Shown here piece after piece: positions 45,780 through 56,615 of a DNA stretch of 56,621 nt. Below the pieces are notes generated by a model. It worked only from the letters and a program-made list of their open reading frames with translations, did no database searches and had not been told where the DNA came from. Source of the DNA: a virus (Duplodnaviria; Caudoviricetes); IMG/VR virus record IMGVR_UViG_3300030451_004511, positions 1 to 56,621 of that record; one strand, given 5' to 3'. Numbering within the stretch: position 1 is the first letter of the stretch; every line of letters starts with the position of its first letter. Both the position numbers and the translations under genes were made by a program.

Positions 45780-47381
45780 TTAAGTTGTATTATCAATATC
45801 TATGTATATAGACTGGTATGTCGTATTAAGTTGAGATCCTGAGTTATTCCAATTTACTCTCCAATAAACTGTTTCTTGTGAGCTGGACATACCTGTGAGT
45901 GTGCCTTGAAACACGAACACATAAGTTCTATAGTTGTTTCCAGCATCAGTATTTATTGAGGTAGAACTATTACCCACACCCCCTAAACTTACCCAAGTAC
46001 TTCCGTTATAACTATATTCAATAGTGCCTACTCTTGTACTACCTAAAACTGCTGAATAAATAACTTGAAATGTTGCATTATTTCTTATGTTTGCCGTAGT
46101 AGTATTCATATACACAGCTTCTACACTGTTGATTGTTGAACCAACAAAAGAACCTGTCCAATGTTGGTTTTTTGCTTGTACTCTTAAAGGTACTGTACCC
46201 CCAGTCTGGTTAATAATATCAACACTAACATCTGCAAAATGTTTTACATTTAAAGTATCAACGTCAATTCTTGCAGAGTTAATTGTGCCAGCATTTATTT
46301 TAGTCGCATTTAGATCATTAATTTTAGCATTTGTAATTTGAGCGTCCCCAATTTTAGCCGTTGTGATATTTCCGTCCGCTATCTTAGCCGTTGTGATAGC
46401 TGCGTTCGCTATCTTAGAACTTTGGATAGTTGCGTTAGCAATACGTGCATTTGTTATAGCTCCGTCTTGGATACGTGCACTATCTATAAATACTGTACCT
46501 CCACTTACAATAAAAGGTGCAACATTTGTAGATCCACTCCAAATCGCAAACTTATCAGCCTGAAACTGCACGTATGATTGTAAGTTAGAACCACTGTTTG
46601 CATTTGCACCAATCAGCATACCTGCAGCTGATACACTACCATTACTTTCTACACTTGCTTTGATCACATACATGGCATTTAGGTTGCCATTTATAGTAGA
46701 AGTTGTATTACTAACAGTTGTTATGTTTGCTGCATTTGTACTGTCTGCACTGGTTAATACAGAGTACCCAGGCATGTTAGCTAGGGTTTCACTCAAGTCC
46801 GTCATGACTGCCGATACATTAGAAAGCGTTGTAGCTTCTACACCGTTGGTATTATTAAAAGGCCCTTGTACATCATTGGTGCTTACATACCTAACCCAAT
46901 AGTAATAAGTTTCGTCATAACCAACTTCGTCGGTATATATGAATGCGTTTGTTGTTGCCCGTAGAGTCGCACCCGCTAAGTTGTTATCTCTTGATCTCCA
47001 AATTTCAGTATAAGCATGATTACCGTACGGTGCACTAGCACTCGTACCATTCCAATCTAATATAATTGCAGTAAAAGCTGCGCTTGCTGTAAGTGATATA
47101 GGAGCTGGAGGAATACTTAAATCACCAACAACCTCATCTATTGGACCAAAATCACTTGGACCCGTCCCTGCATTTGGGTCAAAAGGGTTATCGTTTTTTT
47201 CTTTAACTACACCACTATCAATTAGTTCTCTAACTGTTACCGCTCTATCAAGTGGATGTCCTCTTTGCCCTGTGTGCACACCTAAAATTTCATGCATGGC
47301 TTTTAGTGAGCCAGCTAGTTCTTTATCTACAGTGCCTGGGATTGGTTTTAAACCGGGGAGTTTAGTTTTATCAGTAGCCAC
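45780..47381 (-). CDS. Tail tip/host-specificity protein (J-like, DUF1983-type segment)
   Basis: FN3-like YYYWVRYV; ADKFAI..PFIV.GGTVFI; ITxAKIxD repeats. Confidence 0.7.
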   Translation of the reverse strand: MATDKTKLPGLKPIPGTVDKELAGSLKAMHEILGVHTGQRGHPLDRAVTVRELIDSGVVKEKNDNPFDPNAGTGPSDFGPIDEVVGDLSIPPAPISLTASAAFTAIILDWNGTSASAPYGNHAYTEIWRSRDNNLAGATLRATTNAFIYTDEVGYDETYYYWVRYVSTNDVQGPFNNTNGVEATTLSNVSAVMTDLSETLANMPGYSVLTSADSTNAANITTVSNTTSTINGNLNAMYVIKASVESNGSVSAAGMLIGANANSGSNLQSYVQFQADKFAIWSGSTNVAPFIVSGGTVFIDSARIQDGAITNARIANATIQSSKIANAAITTAKIADGNITTAKIGDAQITNAKINDLNATKINAGTINSARIDVDTLNVKHFADVSVDIINQTGGTVPLRVQAKNQHWTGSFVGSTINSVEAVYMNTTTANIRNNATFQVIYSAVLGSTRVGTIEYSYNGSTWVSLGGVGNSSTSINTDAGNNYRTYVFVFQGTLTGMSSSQETVYWRVNWNNSGSQLNTTYQSIYIDIDNTT

Positions 47382-49360
47382 TAAACACCTCTTAGTTCAT
47401 CAATAGACTCACCTATACATACTTCGTTAACAGTTTTTGCTGAAGATACCTCAATAGCAAAAGTTCTATGCATACTTGCAGGTAAACGTACTATAGGTTC
47501 ATAAATTGTTGTTGCACTAAAGCTCGGTGTTGTACCGGTTACAGAATACACACTACCTGCTGTGCTAATGGTAGCGTTATAAATAACAGAGCCATCACCA
47601 TAAACTTTCAATGTTACAGGAAAAGCCTCTGCATCTACTTTTGCAAAACCCATACTTGTTGGCTTTGCAGTTACAAACTCTTTTGATTTCCAAGTACAAG
47701 TTTGATCGGTTGTGCCTCCTTGAAACTTCTTAATATCATTATCAATGATAATATACAATTCATTATCATCAGGATCTGTAAACCCACCTCGTATTTCTTC
47801 TGAAGCAGTAAGTGTTGTAAAGGTTGATTCACCACCCCGTGGATCAAAAATAAACCCACCGAAGCCAGAACCTGTATTGTAGTAACCTACATAACGACCT
47901 TTCCATAAAAACCCATCAATTGTGGTTGGGTAATAACTTGATTGCCATTGATCAGGACTAATTAGCCCTTCGGTTAAGATTCTAACTTGTGCACCTTGTA
48001 TAGCAACTAACCCATCGGGGCCAGCATACATAACGTATTCACCCATATCTACCATCGAGCCTTTACTTAAACACGCTTGAGCTGCTTCAATACGTACAGC
48101 ACTCATCGATTGTGGGTCTGTACCTGCAATTAAATATGGTGTGCCTTTTGTACCTACAACTAAACCATTACTTGTTACTGCAATCGCTACAACCTCTTCT
48201 TCAAGAGTTATACGATAAGCTGCAGGCCAAGCATGAGGTAAGAAGGGTTCAGAGAAACAAACTCTTTTACCCGTAAACCCAGCAAATACACCGTAAGGCA
48301 TTGCAACAAGACCTTTCATTGGCCCATCTGCATAGAGACTTGTATCCTCATTTGGCGGACCAATCCAATATGTAGATGGGATAAGTTCTGCTAAATCATC
48401 ATTATCAGAAGTATCTGTGTAAGAAGTTGTAGCTAAAGTAACTTCAGCTACAAATTGAAAAGCAGTTGTATTTGAACCTGTGTTTGATCTGTAAATACGT
48501 TTCTTACTTAAGTTAGTGTTTGTTCGACCGGTGCCCGAGGTACTTGTTTCAAGACCTGACACCACGACTTTTCTATTATCATCCGTGGTTACAACGGTAG
48601 AAGCTGCTGAAGGGGGTCCTTCTTCCCCGTACGCACTTACAAAGGTGTACACATAAGAGGTACTGTAATCAATTAATGCGCTCGATGCGTCATTAAATGT
48701 CGCACCGTTTGTAATGGAGCTTGAAGTCCCTGAAGAAGTAGCTGCACTATTTACTTCGACTGTTAATGTTGTTGTACTTGGTACCGTTACAATCTTATGA
48801 TCTACATTAATGTCTGCAGCAGGTACGCCATTAACAGCGCCAAAGTCAGCTAACTTAACGTATTGACCTACAGAAGCACCATGAGCACTAGCTGTAGTTA
48901 CGGTTAACACCGATGAACCGTTGGTCGTGGTTATTGTAGCGTTGATCCCGGTTGGCGTTTCAAGGGCGACGGTCGGTGCTGCTGTAGGTGCTGGTATACC
49001 CAACCTGTAAAAATTACTAGGAAAAGGTGCAGATCCAACAATCACATCACTTCTACCCATACGTGGGTAAGACTGTCCTGACCAATACACCGTGTTGTTA
49101 GTATCACCAGCAATCGGTCCTGGTACAACATCTACATCTTCGTCAAACTGTAACCACCGCTCAGGAGAATCTGTATATTTAAATATACTTGTACGACTTG
49201 TATTACTTAGAACTAACGTCTGTGAGTTATCCGTAATAGGTACAATCCTACCACTATCTAGGTTTACATCTTGTGCAGTTTGAGCGAGATTGTCTTTTAG
49301 TAGTCTAGGTGAGACTTGAGGAGCCAGTCCGCCAAACGTGATGAGCTTAAAGTACGCCAT
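47381..49360 (-). CDS. Tail tubular/stabilisation (nozzle-like) protein
   Basis: FGGLAP.VSPRLL; LGIPAP; CFSEPFLPHAWP; WKSKEF. Confidence 0.65.
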   Translation of the reverse strand: MAYFKLITFGGLAPQVSPRLLKDNLAQTAQDVNLDSGRIVPITDNSQTLVLSNTSRTSIFKYTDSPERWLQFDEDVDVVPGPIAGDTNNTVYWSGQSYPRMGRSDVIVGSAPFPSNFYRLGIPAPTAAPTVALETPTGINATITTTNGSSVLTVTTASAHGASVGQYVKLADFGAVNGVPAADINVDHKIVTVPSTTTLTVEVNSAATSSGTSSSITNGATFNDASSALIDYSTSYVYTFVSAYGEEGPPSAASTVVTTDDNRKVVVSGLETSTSGTGRTNTNLSKKRIYRSNTGSNTTAFQFVAEVTLATTSYTDTSDNDDLAELIPSTYWIGPPNEDTSLYADGPMKGLVAMPYGVFAGFTGKRVCFSEPFLPHAWPAAYRITLEEEVVAIAVTSNGLVVGTKGTPYLIAGTDPQSMSAVRIEAAQACLSKGSMVDMGEYVMYAGPDGLVAIQGAQVRILTEGLISPDQWQSSYYPTTIDGFLWKGRYVGYYNTGSGFGGFIFDPRGGESTFTTLTASEEIRGGFTDPDDNELYIIIDNDIKKFQGGTTDQTCTWKSKEFVTAKPTSMGFAKVDAEAFPVTLKVYGDGSVIYNATISTAGSVYSVTGTTPSFSATTIYEPIVRLPASMHRTFAIEVSSAKTVNEVCIGESIDELRGV

Positions 49361-49376
49361 ATGTTAATAAATTTAT

Positions 49377-49652
49377 TCATCTTAAATTATACACGATTAT
49401 GCTGACAATACCGGATAAGATAATCCAGAAGGCTCTTTCAAAGGTGCTAATCCCTTTAGAGTTTACAATAGCTTTTTGTTCGACAATTTCTACCCTATCT
49501 TCGAGTCTATCCATTCTTGCGATGAATCTATCGTTTTGTTTCAATACAGTAGTTACTCTCTCTTCAATCCTTGCAATTGCAATGACAGCATCCGAAAGTT
49601 TGTCTATTTTAGTTTCTAATTTTTCTAGTCTGTTTGATACTTCGCTACTCAC
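49377..49652 (-). CDS. Coiled-coil protein with a C-terminal TM segment (lysis-associated, holin-like)
   Basis: Adjacent to the endolysin; FWIILSGIVSIIVY. Confidence 0.5.
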   Translation of the reverse strand: MSSEVSNRLEKLETKIDKLSDAVIAIARIEERVTTVLKQNDRFIARMDRLEDRVEIVEQKAIVNSKGISTFERAFWIILSGIVSIIVYNLR

Positions 49653-50039
49653 TTAATAACTCCAAATGTGAGGGCGTGGACTGTAGTTCTCTATCTCTGC
49701 GATATCTAAATGTATAAAGCGCCCGCCTCCCTTTTGGTTAACACCGATACCGGTAAAACCATGCGCTATGCCTTTGTATAACACCTGTAACGCTTTTTCA
49801 TGGCTAACAGCGATATCAACTGCTAACCCAAGCGCATGTGTACCTGGCTTGCTTTTCTTAGCTTCTATAGGATGTTCAGGACATCTATAGCCAGATGATA
49901 TAACTAGGGGAAATCCTAGGTCATCACGCAATACTTGTAGTTTATCAACTAATTTTGGATTAATCTCGTTTTTGCCGCAATGTTTGCACTTAAATTCGTC
50001 GAGTTTAAAGTTTTTCCAGCTATTCTTCTTTTTGAACAC
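49653..50039 (-). CDS. Endolysin, peptidase M15 family
   Basis: F..DEFKC; ISSGYRC; H..G.AVDI; FIHLD. Confidence 0.88.
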   Translation of the reverse strand: MFKKKNSWKNFKLDEFKCKHCGKNEINPKLVDKLQVLRDDLGFPLVISSGYRCPEHPIEAKKSKPGTHALGLAVDIAVSHEKALQVLYKGIAHGFTGIGVNQKGGGRFIHLDIAEIENYSPRPHIWSY

Positions 50040-50250
50040 TTTTAATTTTATCCTCTTGTATAGCCTCTTTCAGCTCTTTAGAGGAATGGACTTGTGCAGC
50101 CTGACATTTCTTAAGTTGGTAAGAAATATCTGCAATCTCTTGCTGAAGTTTCGCTAGCATGTTGAATCCATCTATAACTCTGGGGGTAAGATCCTCAATT
50201 AAATAAGTCTCTCCATCAAAGTTAATCTCCTTGATTTTGTCATCTGACAT
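50020..50250 (-). CDS. Small hypothetical protein
   Basis: INFDGETY.IEDL plus coiled coil; AAGGAG SD. Confidence 0.65.
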   Translation of the reverse strand: MSDDKIKEINFDGETYLIEDLTPRVIDGFNMLAKLQQEIADISYQLKKCQAAQVHSSKELKEAIQEDKIKSVQKEE

Positions 50251-50265
50251 AATTTACTCCTTATT

Positions 50266-50730
50266 TTACTTTTTATTAGACGAGCCGAAGTAAAAAGATA
50301 TTACGGCTGTCGCTATCCCGGTGATACTACCGATAACTAACATAACGATATCATCACTTGAATCTGGTTGTGGGTACAAAGTAACCATACCAATATACCC
50401 AAAGAAACCTACTAAACAAAGAACACCTAAAAACTTTGGTGTCCAATCTGAACTAAACTTATCTCTAGCATCTTGTACATCTTCTGTTTCTAATCTAAAG
50501 ATATCTACATCTAGTTCTTTCATTTGTAATTCAAATTCTTTTTCAGCTTTTTTAAGCTGCATCATTTGTTCTGATGTAAGGTTGTTCATCGCAGCTTCAA
50601 TAGACTTTGGATTATTAGGTACCCCTAATACACCACTTAAAATTTGACCTGCTTGTCCACCAAGAGGGCCGCCAATTGCAGCTCCAAGAGTTGGTGCTAA
50701 TGCGCCTAAGACTGATTTAAGTTTCTTCAT
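50266..50730 (-). CDS. Putative holin
   Basis: APTLGAAIGGPLGG; DVQDAR; two C-terminal TM segments; FYFGSS. Confidence 0.7.
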   Translation of the reverse strand: MKKLKSVLGALAPTLGAAIGGPLGGQAGQILSGVLGVPNNPKSIEAAMNNLTSEQMMQLKKAEKEFELQMKELDVDIFRLETEDVQDARDKFSSDWTPKFLGVLCLVGFFGYIGMVTLYPQPDSSDDIVMLVIGSITGIATAVISFYFGSSNKK

Positions 50731-50744
50731 AAATTAATTATATA

Positions 50745-51029
50745 CTAATTTGCTGCAATGTATGCTTTACCAGTTGCAATAGCATCAGTGTATGATGATT
50801 TATCATCAGAACTTCCCGCTACGTCAGGTGTATCATCATCTTCATCTATAGGTGCATAAGCTAGGATAATTTCTAAATGGTCAACATTTCTTTGCACTTT
50901 AGTATTTATTTCATTTTGCGTTTCACCTTCCATAACATATTCTGAATCTGAGCCGTTTGTATTGATATCATTTATAAGCGTTACAGAATCATTTGCTGCT
51001 GATAAAACTTCTGCTACAGTTTGTGACAT
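50745..51029 (-). CDS. Small acidic fibre-associated protein
   Basis: Follows the fibre gene; AAGGAG SD. Confidence 0.65.
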   Translation of the reverse strand: MSQTVAEVLSAANDSVTLINDINTNGSDSEYVMEGETQNEINTKVQRNVDHLEIILAYAPIDEDDDTPDVAGSSDDKSSYTDAIATGKAYIAAN

Positions 51030-51031
51030 AT

Positions 51032-53053
51032 TTATTCTCCTTTGAGTATGTTAATTTCGTTTTGTAAGCTATCGCATTTTGCTGATAGCTCTTGAACTGC
51101 TTTAATTAATGGATGCACAAACATCTCTTGTGATATACCTTGTATGCCTGAATCTTCTTCAATATCCCACCCACCAAAATCTGTAATGTTATGATCATCC
51201 ATTGCTTGTTTAACTTCTTGGGCAATAAGACCGTACATTTTGTTTTCATAAGTCCTTTCAGTTGCTTCTGCATCATAATCAGGTAAGTTAGTATCTATTT
51301 CTGATTTAGGTTTCCATTTGAATGTGACTGGTCTTAAATCATTTATAAAATCTAAACCACAATCAGTATTATCAACAATCTCTTCTTTATAGCGTTCATC
51401 AGAAACCCTAGACCAAGAAGCATTTGAATCAAAATGATTATAAACTCTGTCTGAACCAGTTGATGAGCCAAAAGTTAATGAGTTGTAATCTCTTTGTGCT
51501 TTTACAGCATAACCAAGAACAATATTATAGTTTGAGTTAGTTCCGAAGTTTTGTGTATTAACACCAATAAAGGTATTAGCAGTACCAGTAGTATTGTTAT
51601 AACAAGCTGAACCACCTACAAATGTATTTGAATTACCTGTAGTAGTAGCATTTCCTGCTTCTCTACCAACAAAAGTAGATTTATCTGCTGTAGTTACTGC
51701 ATAACCTGCACCTGAACCTATAGCTGTACAATTATTAGAGGTTGTTTGTGCTACTAAAGCATTTAGACCTACAGCAACATTATGACCACCTGATGTCATA
51801 GCACCCAAAGCATCTTTACCAAAAGCAGTATTGTTATTGCCTGTACAAGCATCTAAGGCTTGGTGTCCAACAGCAGTATTTGATACACCTGTTGCACAAT
51901 ATCTAAGTGCATTTTGACCAATACCAACATTATTGCCACCTGTAGTGTTGAATTGCATTGAATTATCACCATAAGCGACATTTTCACTTGCTGTAGTCGT
52001 ATTATTTAAACTCGCTTGACCAAAAGCACAATTATAATTTCCTGTTGTTAAATTCTGTAAAGAACCTGCTCCAAAAGCATTATTTTGAGTCCCAGTAGTA
52101 CAATATAATAAAGCGTATTTTCCAAAAGCACTGTTGTTAGATGCTGAAGTTATTGAATACAAAGAAGCATATCCAACAGCAGTATTATATTGACCTGTTG
52201 CTGCTGCAGTATTAGAGGCAAATGCTTGATGTCCTATACCAACATTAAATGTTCCAGTTGTAGTTAGTTCTCCTGCTTCAAAGCCGACAAATACATTTTG
52301 TGAGCCTGTAGTAACATTTTTAGCAGAATCTTTTCCTACAGCAACATTAGTTGTCCCTGTTGTGTTTGATAATAAAGCATTTACACCAACAGCTACATTA
52401 TCATTAGCTGTCGTATTAGCTGATAAACTTGCGTTACCCACAGCAACGTTTCTTGTCCCTGTGGTATTAGCATCTAGCGAATATTGACCTATAGCAGTAT
52501 TGTCGTGTGCGGTGGTGTTAGCACCTAAAGCTGCATAACCAATACCTATATTTGCAATACCAGTTGTATTTGCATCTAAGGCTTTGTATCCAATAGCAAC
52601 ACCTGAATGTCCTGTTGTATTTAATAATAGGGCTTCGTGTCCTATTGCTACGTTATTACTAGCAGTTGTATTTCCTCCTAAAGCTGATTCTCCAATAGCA
52701 ACATTATTATTTCCTGTAGTATTAGCATCTAACGCTTGATAACCAAGAACATTATTTCCAGCACCCTCAGTTAAAGATGCAAAAACATCTATACCAACCC
52801 CAGTATTACGATCTGCTCCATTTATTGTGCCTGTGGCGTTATCACCAATCATTATTGATGAAGTACCAAAGGTCTTAGCATCAGATAGACCATTGATGTC
52901 ACTTGCACCACCAGACATATCAGTCCAAGTCAAAAGAGCAGTAGCACTATAAGATAATATCTGACCATTACTAGGGTCATTGCTTATATTTAATTGAGCT
53001 AGTCCAACTGCATCGTCAGCTAAAACTCTTGATGTGACTTTAGTGTTTGCCAT
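51032..53053 (-). CDS. Tail fibre/spike with 14-aa beta-helical repeats and a C-terminal S74 intramolecular chaperone
   Basis: Many NTTGxxNxAxGxxAL repeats; SDERYK...LRPVTFKWK...GLIAQEV. Confidence 0.88.
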   Translation of the reverse strand: MANTKVTSRVLADDAVGLAQLNISNDPSNGQILSYSATALLTWTDMSGGASDINGLSDAKTFGTSSIMIGDNATGTINGADRNTGVGIDVFASLTEGAGNNVLGYQALDANTTGNNNVAIGESALGGNTTASNNVAIGHEALLLNTTGHSGVAIGYKALDANTTGIANIGIGYAALGANTTAHDNTAIGQYSLDANTTGTRNVAVGNASLSANTTANDNVAVGVNALLSNTTGTTNVAVGKDSAKNVTTGSQNVFVGFEAGELTTTGTFNVGIGHQAFASNTAAATGQYNTAVGYASLYSITSASNNSAFGKYALLYCTTGTQNNAFGAGSLQNLTTGNYNCAFGQASLNNTTTASENVAYGDNSMQFNTTGGNNVGIGQNALRYCATGVSNTAVGHQALDACTGNNNTAFGKDALGAMTSGGHNVAVGLNALVAQTTSNNCTAIGSGAGYAVTTADKSTFVGREAGNATTTGNSNTFVGGSACYNNTTGTANTFIGVNTQNFGTNSNYNIVLGYAVKAQRDYNSLTFGSSTGSDRVYNHFDSNASWSRVSDERYKEEIVDNTDCGLDFINDLRPVTFKWKPKSEIDTNLPDYDAEATERTYENKMYGLIAQEVKQAMDDHNITDFGGWDIEEDSGIQGISQEMFVHPLIKAVQELSAKCDSLQNEINILKGE

Positions 53054-53320
53054 TTATTCTTCTGCTAATGCTTCCTCGTTTCTCTGTGCTGCTGTTTGTA
53101 TTACACCCAAATCATAAGCTTGATCTATCTGTGCTGACTCACCCACTGCCATTGCTATTTCGTTTGCATTGCAATGTTCTTGTAGTCTTTGCAAGATATC
53201 TGCTTTAGCACGTTGTATTCTTGCTTGGACAGCATTTTCTACCCAATCTTGTGGTGTATTAGCTACATATTCAAATGCTTTATGATCTGAATCTGAAACA
53301 TCTACGCTATAAGTTGCCAT
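53054..53320 (-). CDS. Small fibre-associated protein
   Basis: PQDWVENAV..R..RA motif; AAGGAG SD. Confidence 0.65.
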   Translation of the reverse strand: MATYSVDVSDSDHKAFEYVANTPQDWVENAVQARIQRAKADILQRLQEHCNANEIAMAVGESAQIDQAYDLGVIQTAAQRNEEALAEE

Positions 53321-53330
53321 ATTTTTCTCC

Positions 53331-54524
53331 TTATCCTATTAAAGTCATTGATGCGGTTCTCCAAACGGTATAACTTGTAGAAGTATTATCATACCAATTT
53401 TCATTTCCAAAAGTTACATAGTCATTAGCACTTAAGTCTAAAACTTGTGCCATTTGTCTATAGTGATATCCATTGGATACATCATTAAGAGATTGTGAAA
53501 TAGTTGAACCATTAACAAGAATTGTTGCATCTCTTCTTGATGTATCTACACTCATAATGGTATTAAATAAAATTAAATACAATCCAGCTACAGGTGCGGT
53601 AAATCTTGCTTGGTTACTTACCACACTTACTGTTAATGTACCTCTGCTGTATGTTCCTGCTGCAAAAGTATTAGCTTGTGCGTTTGTATTGCTACTATTG
53701 GTAACAGATCCTTGCACATGAGGTTGTTTTGGGAATGTTACCCTACCACTTGTGTCTGTAATCATAGTTTCATAATTGGAAGTCGTATTGTAAGTTCTTA
53801 AACTTCCATCATTCGTAATATAATCTGCTAACCATCTTTGATGCGATGATTGCAATACTAGAACAGGATATGCTGTATTTTCAGCACCAATTACAACTGC
53901 ATTATTTGAACCCCCTGTTCCATCAAGTGTTGTAGAAGCAACTGATGTTGTTCCTACTAATAAATGACCGCTCGCATTGAGTCGCATTTGCTCGGTTTCG
54001 TTATTACCCCAAATTAAATCTCTACCACTTGAATTTTGATACATATGCACACCTGTACCATTCATAGCAATAGCAAAAGAGTAACCGTTTCCTTCAACTC
54101 TAAATTGACCTGCACCACCTGCACTCATATCAATGTCTGTAGCTTTTGAAACAAGCAATTGATTTGAGTCTGATGTTGAACCAATAGAAACATTACCAGA
54201 TGCTTCAAACCTGACTCGTTCTGAACCACCTGTAAAGATAGAAGCATAGCCACTTGCTTCATTTAGGTATAAAAGTTCACCACCTTGTGATGCTTCATTC
54301 CCTAGACTTACGCCACTTGAATCTACTGCAATAAAACCATGCCTAGTTCCATTGCCAATCTTTGCTTTGTCCCCTGAACCTGTTGTACTGACATGCAATA
54401 AAGTATCAGGCGAAACACCCACCCCAACCTGTTCAGACGAATTAATTGTTATCGCTGTAGCATCCCCACTATCTGAAATACTAGGGGTACTTGATAACTC
54501 GCTTGGTATTTTAGTGTTTGCCAT
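53331..54524 (-). CDS. Tail fibre with a C1q-like C-terminal domain
   Basis: VGVG..PDTLLHV and ERVRF/EQMRL repeats; RFTAPVAGLY...LSANDYV. Confidence 0.75.
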   Translation of the reverse strand: MANTKIPSELSSTPSISDSGDATAITINSSEQVGVGVSPDTLLHVSTTGSGDKAKIGNGTRHGFIAVDSSGVSLGNEASQGGELLYLNEASGYASIFTGGSERVRFEASGNVSIGSTSDSNQLLVSKATDIDMSAGGAGQFRVEGNGYSFAIAMNGTGVHMYQNSSGRDLIWGNNETEQMRLNASGHLLVGTTSVASTTLDGTGGSNNAVVIGAENTAYPVLVLQSSHQRWLADYITNDGSLRTYNTTSNYETMITDTSGRVTFPKQPHVQGSVTNSSNTNAQANTFAAGTYSRGTLTVSVVSNQARFTAPVAGLYLILFNTIMSVDTSRRDATILVNGSTISQSLNDVSNGYHYRQMAQVLDLSANDYVTFGNENWYDNTSTSYTVWRTASMTLIG

Positions 54525-54526
54525 AA

Positions 54527-54823
54527 TTAAATATCCTGTATCCTATCTCTTGCTTCTTGTCTTGCGGTGGTAATGTCCTCAGGTATCGCTTCACCTGTTT
54601 CTGTTTTTCTAACAACATACCAATCGGTATCAGCTAAATATCTTCTAGCATCTTTGTTGCTTCTAAATACAGCACTCTCGTCATCAAGCTCTTGAATCTG
54701 TGAATCGTTTGGTGTGGTCGTGCCATATTTGACCATGTTTTCAGCTTCTTCTGCAGTGTAAGTACCTTCCTCATGGTATTCATAAGCTGTTGGCACTCCA
54801 TCTACTTCGATTAACCTATACAT
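54527..54823 (-). CDS. Tail fibre assembly chaperone-like protein
   Basis: ARRYLADTDWYVVRK.ETG..IP..I..AR..AR. Confidence 0.75.
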   Translation of the reverse strand: MYRLIEVDGVPTAYEYHEEGTYTAEEAENMVKYGTTTPNDSQIQELDDESAVFRSNKDARRYLADTDWYVVRKTETGEAIPEDITTARQEARDRIQDI

Positions 54824-54824
54824 A

Positions 54825-56615
54825 TTAGTTATCCATTATATATCCGTAGTAATAAACCCTACGAAAGTCATTTGAGTTTGTTGCTACGATAGTCCCATGA
54901 GTTACATTAAAATCTCTATCTGCTGCATTATCTATTTTATACATAGACATTGCTCCGTCATTGTAATACCAATCATCAACATGGAGCAAAAGTCTTGGAC
55001 CATGAGCTTGCCCTTGTTGAAGATACATATATTGATCACCGCCTGAATTTCCTGAAGTTATCCAAATCCCCATAATAACTCTTGAACCAAGTGGTGCTTG
55101 TGCTGCTGTAAGAGTAAAACTATAAGTACTATTATTTGGGTATGAAGTTGTGTTTGGAAAACTTACTATTTGAGTTTCTAATCCTGCTGCACCTGCATAA
55201 ACATTGGTAGCAGTAAAGTCACCGTCTGCATCAATCTTAGCTCTTTGAGTACCATCTAATGCAAAAGTAATTTCACTTGATGCTGCTTCACCATTATCGT
55301 CTGCAAAGAATTTTATATTGCCATCTGTTCCCTGAATATAAGCATCAGCATTGTTGTCTGTATCTGTAAGTTGTATTGATGGTGTTGCAGTCTGTAAGGT
55401 TAAACTTGTATCATTAATAAGTTTAAGGTCAGTAGAAGTCAGTCGCATCCCAATGTTATTGCTACCTGCTTTTTTCAATGTAAATTCAAGCAAGCCATCT
55501 TCTGTAGTATCAGAAGCATCAGAAATCTTACCTGTTACTTTTGCATAGATAACTTCTTGATCTGCATCATTCTCACCTTTAAATTTAAGTTGCCCTAAGT
55601 AATCACCATCAGCAGGTGAGCTAGAGTTTCTTTTTAAAGTGATAACAGGTGCTGCTGTACTTGAATCTTCTGTTGTTGTGATTAGCAGTGAATCACCTGT
55701 TGTAGTGTTTGTAATGTTAGCAGTCGAGAAAGTTGGTGTAGCACCTACGGTTTCAATAAGATCTGAAGCTAATGCTTTTTTCAGTGCACCGTCGGTAGCA
55801 TCATAGACTAATAAATGGTCTGCACCTACTGCGGACACTTCTGTTAATCCTGCAACAAAAGATGCAGGTATGGTATTTACATCAGTTTGTGTAAAGGTCA
55901 TAACCTCCACTTTCGCACCATTGTCAGGATTTGCATCTAGCGTAAGCGTTGTGCCTGAAACTGAATAACTATCTTTTTGTTGGTATACACCATCTATAAA
56001 TACCTGTGTATTGTTTTCATGGATAGGTGAAATACTAAGAGTAAATGCTGCGGTACTGCCGTTTGCAGTAAATTGATCGTGATTAAGGTTATTACCTGCA
56101 ACTGCTCCACTTACATGATATGCAACTACCTTGCGTGTATTAGCAGGTGCAACATCAAAAGTAAGCGTGGTTCCTGATAAAGTAAAGTCTCCAGGATTCT
56201 GATAAACACCTTCTATAAATACAATTAAATTATCTTCGCTTGAGGGGGCTTGGCTTAGTGTAAATGCCGCATTACTTCCATCGCCTGTGAATGTATCAAC
56301 GCTTAGTGTAGATGTAACTTCAGTCTTTACATCTTCTAGTAAAGCCGCAACGACCCTTAGTTCTGCTTTATCTCCAGAACTAAACGCCCGTGCAGTTGTA
56401 TTATCTTGCCCTCTAACAACAGTAAGTGTGTTGCTACTTCTTGCTGTAACCTTAACAATTTCTGTGTTAGTAGTATCGTCAAAGGTTACATAGAAATGTT
56501 CTCCCGAACTTAATGATGGGAAAACAGACCCGTCAGTGACAGAAATGCTAGTAGCACTACTGTTTATTCCTGCGGCAAGAGTTGTTGCTGCGTTGTTGGT
56601 GAACTTAACAGCCAT
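54825..56615 (-). CDS. Tail fibre/structural protein
   Basis: FTNNA.TTL...EIVKVTARS...TVVRGQ N-terminus; FTGDG..FTL..VFI.GVYQ repeats. Confidence 0.8.
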   Translation of the reverse strand: MAVKFTNNAATTLAAGINSSATSISVTDGSVFPSLSSGEHFYVTFDDTTNTEIVKVTARSSNTLTVVRGQDNTTARAFSSGDKAELRVVAALLEDVKTEVTSTLSVDTFTGDGSNAAFTLSQAPSSEDNLIVFIEGVYQNPGDFTLSGTTLTFDVAPANTRKVVAYHVSGAVAGNNLNHDQFTANGSTAAFTLSISPIHENNTQVFIDGVYQQKDSYSVSGTTLTLDANPDNGAKVEVMTFTQTDVNTIPASFVAGLTEVSAVGADHLLVYDATDGALKKALASDLIETVGATPTFSTANITNTTTGDSLLITTTEDSSTAAPVITLKRNSSSPADGDYLGQLKFKGENDADQEVIYAKVTGKISDASDTTEDGLLEFTLKKAGSNNIGMRLTSTDLKLINDTSLTLQTATPSIQLTDTDNNADAYIQGTDGNIKFFADDNGEAASSEITFALDGTQRAKIDADGDFTATNVYAGAAGLETQIVSFPNTTSYPNNSTYSFTLTAAQAPLGSRVIMGIWITSGNSGGDQYMYLQQGQAHGPRLLLHVDDWYYNDGAMSMYKIDNAADRDFNVTHGTIVATNSNDFRRVYYYGYIMDN

